Shown here: piece by piece, positions 54,821-64,000 of the stretch
How the letters are laid out: each line of letters starts with the position of its first letter
Numbering within the stretch: position 1 is the stretch's first letter
DNA from: Tubulanus polymorphus
Lineage: Eukaryota > Animalia > Nemertea
Direction: 5' to 3'
Length of the DNA stretch: 64,000 nucleotides
Assembly: GCF_964204645.1 (NCBI RefSeq)
Contig: NC_134028.1
Location: forward strand, 27,152,345 to 27,216,344
The notes under the pieces: generated by a model
What the model saw: the letters and a program-made list of their open reading frames with translations, nothing else
The model's database searches: none
Told to the model about the DNA's origin: nothing
Translations under genes and position numbers: made by a program

Positions 54821-57800
54821 TGAGGAATACAGATTTTTCTTAAGTCAAATTTCATTCATCACTCAACACTAGTTTGTTAGAAATTAATAACTCTACCAAC
54901 ATTAGAGCTTTATATAAGGAGAGTAAATGGTATGATAGAATCTCCCTAATTCCGATCATTGGGACCAACAAAATTCATCGTTTTACGGCAAATCCGGATT
55001 AAAAGTCATTTTCGTGTATATTAATGATTAAATTGACTGTAAATATTATCCGGATTAGACCAAAATTCGGATTAAGCCGATGCGGATTAAACGATTTAGT
55101 TTGATAGAATCAGTCTTGGAATACAGAAAGACGTTCACGATTGAGTTATGTACAAATACCGATATGAGAAAAGCTTAGATTCACCTCCTTAGCCATCACC
55201 CATGGAAATGGCCCCAGGGCACTAAAAAGGCAATTACCAAGAAACAAACACTGACGCGAGTGTTGGCCTGTTTGATAAACGCAGTAACCCTAGTGTTGGC
55301 CTTGTACCACACTGACCACACGTATTCACAAACTTAGTCAGCCACCAGAACTCAGCGGTCTAGTGGTTGGCGTGCTCGGCTGGCATGCTGGAGTTCGCAG
55401 GTTCGAGTCCTGCTAGGGTTAGGGTTACGGTCGATCTAGGGTTAGGATTAGTGCCTCAGGTTGGGGCTAATTTTTGGCCCAGCGAGGTATTTGTAGTACG
55501 ATGATCGTCTGTTTGACTCGGGTTATTTTTTGGTCAATAGATTCTATACTAACTTATATATTTTGAACACAAATATTCGCTTTATCCTTAGAAGCCACTT
55601 TATTTAAAAGATACTTCGCTCAATAGAGTACGTAGTTTATTTCTGAATGAATGAAAGAGTTGGTGACATTATTCAATATATATATATAAACCACAATATC
55701 TACTTTACGGTTGGTATGCAACAATTTCCACTCTTTTCCATATAGGTGTCGCTTTGGATAAATGTCTATATCTCTTGACCCAATGGACCGATTACGATTA
55801 AACTTGATACACAGGAACTTTTATCAAGTAGCACTCGGGGTGGGTGAAATCGCTCTAGGTTGAAGTTACACTGTCCTAAAATGGCTCCAAACAACGTGAA
55901 ATTGGTAGTTAGGCCTACTTCGAGTACGGGTAGAACACAGTTTGAAATCGTATCGTTGTAGGTTATCGTAAAGAAGATGAATCCGTAGGCACCTAATACG
56001 ACGATTAACAGTACAAATATCGATATAGACACGCGGTTTTAGTCGAGACATTGATCGCCGGGTTTAAACATTCCTGGATATGACCATGTTTCACAATTAA
56101 ATTCATCTTCTAAATGAGGACGACCATCGATCACGTGTCTAATCGCATCATAATGGGTACGGGGTGTCCCGCGTTCGAACCAAGTAATTACTGATACTGG
56201 TTCAGAGTGGTATTGATACTGAATAGAGGATGTACAGGGGTATCCCGAGTTCGAACCCAGTAATTACTGATGATACTGATTCAGAGAGGTCCTGATGCTG
56301 ATTAGATGATGTACAGGGGTGTACCCAGTAGTGGTCCAAGTTGTCCTGATGCTGGATGGAGGATGTACAGGGGTGTCCCGACTGTACGGTGCTGCCGCTA
56401 TGCTCATCGTTAGCGGGATTTCCGTACACTTACTGAAGTCAACTCTGGCAATCGTCGTGCTGTCCAGTTATACTCCGTTACCCTTGCTTGCCAGAGTTGA
56501 CTAACGTTAGTGTATGAAAATCCCGCTACCGATGAGCATAGAGGCAGCACCGTACGGTAAAATGTTGATATCTTAACCAAAGTAATTACTGATAACTGAT
56601 TCAGAGTGGTCCTGGTCCTGAATATAGGATGTAGAGGGGCATCCCGGGTTCAAATCCGGTCTATTGATACTGATTCTGATTGGTCCTGATGCTGAATGGA
56701 GGATGTACAGGGGTATCCCGGGTTCGAACTCAGTAATTACTGATACTGATTCAGAGAGGTCCTGATGCTGATTAGAAAATGTACAGGGGTGTCCCGGGTT
56801 CGAACCCAGCACTATTCTAGGTTGTTGGGATCATTCATTTATTACGTACGCATAAAATTTGAAATTTTCAACCCCCCTCCCCCTCTGTACGCAAAATCGG
56901 ACATTTTCTCATATACATTAAGCATTACAGTACGCAATTGCACTGACCCCCTCCCCCTCCCCTAATGCGTACGTAATAAATGAATGACCCCGTTTCTCGA
57001 AAAATGATAAAATAACGTAAACACGACGGCAAAATTTATCTACATTTATTCCTCATTGTCATGTAATGCACCTGCCTTTTTAAGAATAGTAGTTGGACCA
57101 TCGAATTGAAACCCTCGCATACCAGGGTGAAAAAGAATAAATGAATCCCTCGAGTGGACACCAGGGGTCGCAGTTTCACAAAAAACGATGCATTTTTTAA
57201 ATGAATTTGCGAAGAAATTTAATCTGGATCAAATCTCACAAAAAGGATAAAACAGATGAAATCTGTTTTTTTTTGTTAATCTTTGATAATTAATCCGTCG
57301 GTAGGATTTGGTTTATGATGCGGGTTTCAATCAGATTTAGATGCCGCAGTTTCGCACACTGAATAGCGAGTGTCCAGTTTCACAGAGAAAGGATGAATCA
57401 ATTTCAACTTGGATTTAATTTTTTCTTCAAAATAAAATGTTTGAACGCAATTGGTTCGTGAAACTGTACCCTAGGCTCAGTTTCTTCAAAAATATTCATT
57501 TATTGAGACGGTAAAGTCGAATTGAGTAAATTATTTCTATGAAACTGAACCCGTGGGATTTACGTGTGACGCACTGAGTGTGTGTGAAACTGCTGGCGTC
57601 TGTAATCACAACTACTAAAACAACACAGAAAATTCATCTTTATTTCAAATAAAACAGAACAACAGTTCACACGAAATAATTATTATAGTCCCATAATAAA
57701 GAAAACCTGTCGATATTTCAACTTTATGGTTTCATTGATTGAGTTACTTGTCAAAACATGTCCATATTACATCATTATACAATATGTGTATCATACAATT

Positions 57801-60800
57801 TTTTTTACAAAACCAGACCAATAAAACTGGGTCGTGGGGTACAAACAATTACAAACTAATGCAACCAGTTATCGCTGCTTTACAGCTACATTTAATCTTC
57901 AATTTCAATTTTCACTAAAACTTTAACACCCACTATATAGAAACTTAATAGAAGTAAAAGAGACAACATTTTGGAGTCTCTGTAGAGACCATCATCAAGT
58001 CTGAAGAATAACTAACACAGGGAAAAACAAGTTAATTAGGAAAGTAAAGCGAGTGTTCAGTGCTAAGGTCGAGAGGTTTTGTTATTTTGTTCGTATAGGT
58101 TGTTCTAGTTATTTCTTCATTATACTTTTATCATTTTGATTCTGATTCTTGATAAATGAATTATGCTTTTTAATTTGCATATAGCAGGGTTTAAATTATA
58201 TATTCTATGCCCGAGTCAGGCTATTATTCTATTAGCAAAAATGACACCACAGCTTTGAGAGATCAGGGGATCAGGGGATGACTCTATTGTTTTTATGGAT
58301 ATGTGATACACAGTCTATCAAACCATCACAAACAGAACAACAGTAGGCTGCCCATGCCGGTCGGCACATATGAACAATATTCATTTGGCTTTAAACTTAA
58401 AAATTGCAGATCCGAAATAAGTGGCAGCATATCAATCTCCAGGTAGATGGCTGGTTCCTGTCCCTGTCAAATGGCAAATTGGTCCCGATCCCCACTTCGT
58501 CCTAGAATAGAGAAAACTTGCGTCAGCAAACATTACATTGAAAATGTTCGATTGAATTAACAGTCAAGTGGGAATTATTGTTTTCATGAAATATTTCGGA
58601 AACTAGAATTTATCATTACCTTATAATTCTAGATAATTCAACACCATTATTTAATCTTTGGTCAATTTTCAAACTGTTCAATTGGACAAATTTCATGCTG
58701 CAAAAAATCATCATACTATGAAAAAGTAACGTATTTATAGCAGTCTGAAATTGGGGCTAAATTCTATTAGAAAATCAATCATTTTCAAACTTGTGTTGAG
58801 CAGAATTAAGCAGCATCAGCTGCAGCAGCATCAGCCTGCACTTCTTTCCGGAGAATCACACATAAAAATTCTGTACAGAATAATTAAATGTTAGAATATT
58901 ATGAAATTAGAGCACAGTGGAGTGATGAAAGACTCACCATTTCTAAACTCATATCAGATAAATTCAGTGCCATCTAGCAGGATTTCACTTCCAACAGTAA
59001 TAATGTCATGAAGTTAAGAGAACTGATGATTTTCTGAGAAAATAAATTCTTAAAACGATAGCAGCAGCTTCAGCAACTAGAGCTTCTTTACTCTTTGAAG
59101 GTGAATATTTTTAATTTCTCCAGTTCCAAAAAGTGTTGGGCGTATTGCATTCTGGAAAGAGAAAATTATGCCAGAAAATGGTTAATGAAATAGATAGAAA
59201 CTGCAACTTGTTTGTGTTCGATTGACAGAAAACCTACCAGGTTAATGAGTAGTTTATCACAATGTGTCGAGTATATGCAGATTTCTGAGAGGTTTGATGG
59301 TAGCTTTAGACTGCATCCTCTAGTAAAACGTTGATACCTGCCAACATTGACCGATCAAAACATCATTTTCTGGACTTGATTTGAAGATCACCACAAATTA
59401 CTGCAATAAATCGATATAAAACTCACCGCTTCTGACTTGTTTGATTTGTGGAGCGCAATGTTAACTGCAAGTTCAGCTTTATTTTGGACCCTAGAATACA
59501 AAAGTTGTATAATTTTGATGATTCAAACTTTGACCAGAATAGAAGTGATTGAAAATTCGCCTTCACTGATTAATGTAGCTTCTAATCAGGAAATGAGTTT
59601 ATAAATGTACAGTCAAACAGAGACTAGAATCTGTAGAGATATTTACCGGTACTGTATTTGTTTTGAGGACTTAAAGCGATGTCCATCTTAAACAAATGTG
59701 AAGTGAATTCCCAATGTTTACTGTTCACAGATTCTATCAAGGGTTCCAGTTATTTCAGCTCCTAAATACAAATTTTAGAAATTTTCAGTGAAGCTGTTAT
59801 GAAATAAGAGCAGTTTCACACCAAATTAAACTAAGCCGTGATCTTTGAACGGTTTAATGCTGGAAACATGAACAGATCGAATAATTTATATAGAACAGTT
59901 CTCTAAAAATAATGAATTTCCAAACAGGTTTTACCGGCTGCTGCTGCTGCCGCTGCTGGTGGCGCTGTTGCTGCATGGTGCTGGCACTGCAGGTACTGCT
60001 AGTGCTGCTGTTACTGCTGCTGCTGCTGCGGTGTGTATCTCATCCTGTAACTGAGAGTAAAACAGTAATTTTTAGTTCAAAAATAATTCAAAATATCAAC
60101 AGAGACTGTGAAGAATTCTGTGGAGAAATTCATTAACAGTTTTGTGCTTATCTTTAAATGAGCGTGTTTAAATAGTAAATTCTATTGCATTCATTTCATT
60201 CTGAAAAGAAAAAGAAACAATAATCAGTGACAATAGAGCAGAATGTAACATCTCAAATTATCAATCAATCAGACAGAAACAGTACAGGATTTCTGTGGAT
60301 TAAACTGCTGTACTTATTTCATACTGATTGTACAGTTACAGATACATGTAACATTCTGTACAGATACAGAGTACAGATCACTGCATTACTTCATCCTGTG
60401 ATTGAACAGTGATTTAATGTTCTCTCATCTTCATTAGACTCCCATCCGTCTAACTAAAACATCAGAACATTTCAACTCATCTAACCTCCCGACCCAACCC
60501 TCCCAGACCCCATCCCTCCCGCCCTCCTTCCCATACCCCTTCAATCCCGCCTCCCGACCGCTTCCCTCGCCCCTTCCCTCCCACCTCCTTCCCTCCCTCA
60601 CCCCTTCCCTCCCGCCCTCCCCGACCCCTTCCCTCCCGCCCATACCCTAGCCCTCCCTCAATGCCCCCCCACCTGGCCCTCCCTCAATGCCCTCCCACAA
60701 TACCCTCCCACCTAGCCCTACCTCAATGCCCTCCCTCAATGCCTCCTCAACTCTCTTGTCTCCTCTTCACACACCACACATCTGTACAATAACTACAAAA

Positions 60801-63800
60801 CGATTTGCCATTTTTCACGATCATATCAATTTCATTTATAAATCAAAATCCTTAATCAATTGCATCATTGATGGGACTCACAGATACTTTCTCTGCACAT
60901 TTTGGAGGCATTCAGATGACCTCAAATGATCATATGCCTGGGTTGGTCTTGAAAATCACATGGCTTCATTTTTACAGATGATTTCTTTATCAATTTCATC
61001 AAATTATTCCTATTATTTCTACTCCCTCTAATAAGTATTCACAATATATCTCAGTTTCACGACAAGTTGCAGCAGTCGTCTGTAAACAGATTTCATTTCA
61101 TCAAATGATGCGAGTTTGAGTTGTAGAGGTTTCATCTACAAAACATCAAACCAAACCCGAGGAACTTAATGTTGTAAGGGAAGGGGACGTATATGGAGGG
61201 TTCACCCGAACAAAGGAAATAAGCCCGAACCAAACCTTCACACTCACAAAATGTCGCGAGAAAGGCAAACACAAACCAAGGACAAGAATGATGGCTGAGA
61301 TCAAAACAATTAATGCTATTGATGTTGCTTCACCAATTCAACATGACGTCACTCAATGAAACCATTGTGGACTATTTCAATACTCTCTACTAGAGGTTTC
61401 ATATAAGCAAGCAGTTTATGGAATCCTATTCATAAAAGTTATTAATCAATGTTTTTAAACTGCTGATGCAAAATATATACGTCATAAATAATCTGTTTGA
61501 TTGTCTTTTCAAGTTAACACTTAAACCCAGTGGAACGAACTCCAGCCATTTTTCCTTCATTTGCCATTTTTCGTTTTTACTCTTTTCTCTGACTTTTAGC
61601 ACTTGAGTCGAGGTAGGAATAGACCCCTGCCCACTCGCTAAGCGTGCAGGACACTTAACCTTCGAATTGCTCTCGGACCCTTCTCTTTATATTTTATCTT
61701 TTTTGAGTCGAGGTAGGAATAGACCCCTGCCCGCCCTCTAAGCGTGCAGGACACTAAACCTTCGAATTGCTCTCGGACCCCACTCTTTATATCAGCATTT
61801 CATGCTGTTTTATTTTATTCACGCATTCGCTTTACATTTTTTCATATGGCTTTTCCTTATTTGTCGTCTCACTAAAATTCTCATCCGTTCCGACTGGGAT
61901 CAAGTTTAATCTTTTAGAGACAAACAGCAAAAGGTTGTGTTAGTTGCACCAGCAGCAACACTGATACAGATGAATCTTTCATTAACTACGTCATTTGTTC
62001 CATTCTCAAATATTGAGTCATGAAGGCAACAGAAATAACTTTAAAAAATGTTAAATCTTTCATTTATGGCCTTGGTTTAGTGACCTAAGCGTCAAAGTTT
62101 GGTTCATAGCCCAGGTTTGGTGACCAAAGAGTCAAAGTTTGGTTCATAGCCCAGGTTTGGTGACCAAAGAGTCAAAAGTTTGGTTCATAGCCCTGTTTTG
62201 GTGACCAAAGTGTCAAAGTTTGGTCTATGGTTCTGATTTGGTGACCAAAGAGTTAAAGTTTGGTTCATAGCCCTGTTTTGGTGACCAAAGAGTCAAAGTT
62301 TGGTCTATGGTTCTGATTTGGTGACCACGGAGGGTAAATATAGCTCATGAGCGTTGCATATGTTGAATAGGGGAATTGGACTAAACACTCATCACTAGAA
62401 TAAAGTGAAGAATTATGTTCACACTGAATGGGCTCAAAATCTTGTACTAATTGATAAAATCTGAAATAATTCTGACTAATTTGAGTCTATCGGAAAATGA
62501 TGCATTGATCGAAGTCTAAAAGCTATAAACTGACAAATTGATCGAGCACTGATAATATTTTAAATAACAGCGGAGGATGAAATAACTTTCATAAACTGAT
62601 ATGATCGTGAAAAATGGCAAAATACACTAGATACACCTCCCCCACGCTTCATCAGAGTCTCATTGTAGTAGGAAGATTGCCGTAGCCTAACTGTAAAAAC
62701 TACAACTACATCTGGTTGAATATCATTTGTTTTTACGGCTTTTAAATTCAGTAAAATATTTCCTAATATAAGTATAATTAGTTCGCAGCCCCTTAAATTC
62801 TGTCTAGGATAGAATTATAAGTCACAGGTAGAAATAGAATATTATCCTATTCTAAAATGAATATAACAATAGAACAATAGTCTCTCCGTGTCAATCTTTG
62901 TCCCACCTAAAAATTGTACAGTTTATTTCAGAAAATGTGTCCCATCTTTTTGAAAAGGAGATAACTAATTATTAAGGATATCTATGAATAGTGATATACT
63001 GTGCCATGAAGGCAAATGAAGAAGTGTGTCAATAAAAGTGATTACAAAACATATCACTTATTCTAATGAGTTCTATACTCTTCTTCCAAAAATGAAGAGT
63101 AGGTCTCTGTCTAAGAATCTGCAGAAAAAAGAGGAGGCAGCAATGAATGTGACTGCATCTCGACTCTCATCAACAATTTTCTAAGTCGTCCTATACAGTT
63201 CTTCATTTTAGAACCAGTATTTACAGCCGTTTCTAAAATAGCACAGAAGAAAATACATCTTTCAGCTGGAAATGTATCAGTAAACCCCAAATTCAGAAAT
63301 CTGGGGGCAATTATCTCATAACGATTGAGAGAAGTGACAGTGAAATAACGTGCGCACTCACCGGGGATCAAACCCAGGTCTCATAGAAATAACAACCAGT
63401 AAAATAGAACGAGTCCAATTGGCCGATGCTTATACAGCTTACTGTAACATGACAAGTTGCAGTCACACATGTTGCGGCCACATGACGTGTTTCATAATGA
63501 TTAATCCTTTCTTAGAATAATAAAAAGATGGGACACATTTTCTGAAATATCCTGAATTTCGAGACTAAAACTACGACTAAACCACCTGTACCTGTACCAA
63601 AACCCTCACCCTATATCCCTCCCTCCAAAGTCCTACCACCACCCCTACATCCCTCCCACCCTCCCTCACCCCTTCCCTCCCGGACCCTTTCCCTCCCGCC
63701 CTCCCTCACCCCTTCCCTCCCGCCCTCCCTCACCCCTTACCTCCCGCCCTCCCTCACCCCATACCTCCCCCAAACCTACCCGCCCTCCCTTAACCCTATG

Positions 63801-64000
63801 GTTAGGTGAGATGAATGTTCTGATGTTTTAGTTAGACGGATGGGAATCTAATGAAGATGAGAGAACATTAAATCACTGTTCAATCACAGGATGAAGTAAT
63901 GCAGTGATCTGTATCTCAGTATCTGTACACAATGTTACATGTATCTGTAACTGTACAATCAGTATGAAATAAGTACAGCAGTTTAATCTATAGAAATTCT
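54821..64000. repeat. Macrosatellite unit 5 (partial, runs off the window)
   Basis: Colinear copy, mostly like unit 2. Confidence 0.96.
55349..55421 (+). pseudogene. tRNA-like sequence, unit 5 copy
   Basis: Same sequence as 12713-12785. Confidence 0.65.

Noticed and set aside
12147-64000. rDNA, histone or 5S/snRNA tandem array (unit size is similar)
   Set aside because: No rRNA, histone, 5S or U-snRNA sequence is recognisable in the unit.

Overview
AT-rich animal (invertebrate-like, compact GT-AG introns) genomic DNA. The first ~12 kb is single-copy. It holds the last seven coding exons of NUBP1 (+), a convergent complete 8-exon gene (-) encoding a 349-aa protein (mitochondrial presequence-like N-terminus, flavin-reductase-like domain, uncharacterised His-rich 'WTHxAH...GYHET' domain), several minisatellites and a CpG/CCAAT-rich promoter-like island. 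From 12147 to the window end lies a head-to-tail macrosatellite of ~10.5-10.9 kb units (four complete, one partial) that are near-identical but mosaic. Each unit carries a 73-nt tRNA-like Pol III cassette fused to TTAGGG repeats and a T5 run, a B-box-bearing satellite, several MITEs, a ~200-bp inverted-repeat pair lined by G4-type tracts, and a stop-riddled multi-exon minus-strand gene relic, possibly a decayed EnSpm/CACTA element whose terminus lies 5 bp from the unit junction. No intact protein-coding gene was found in the array. All calls come from manual reading and translation; no database searches were run.
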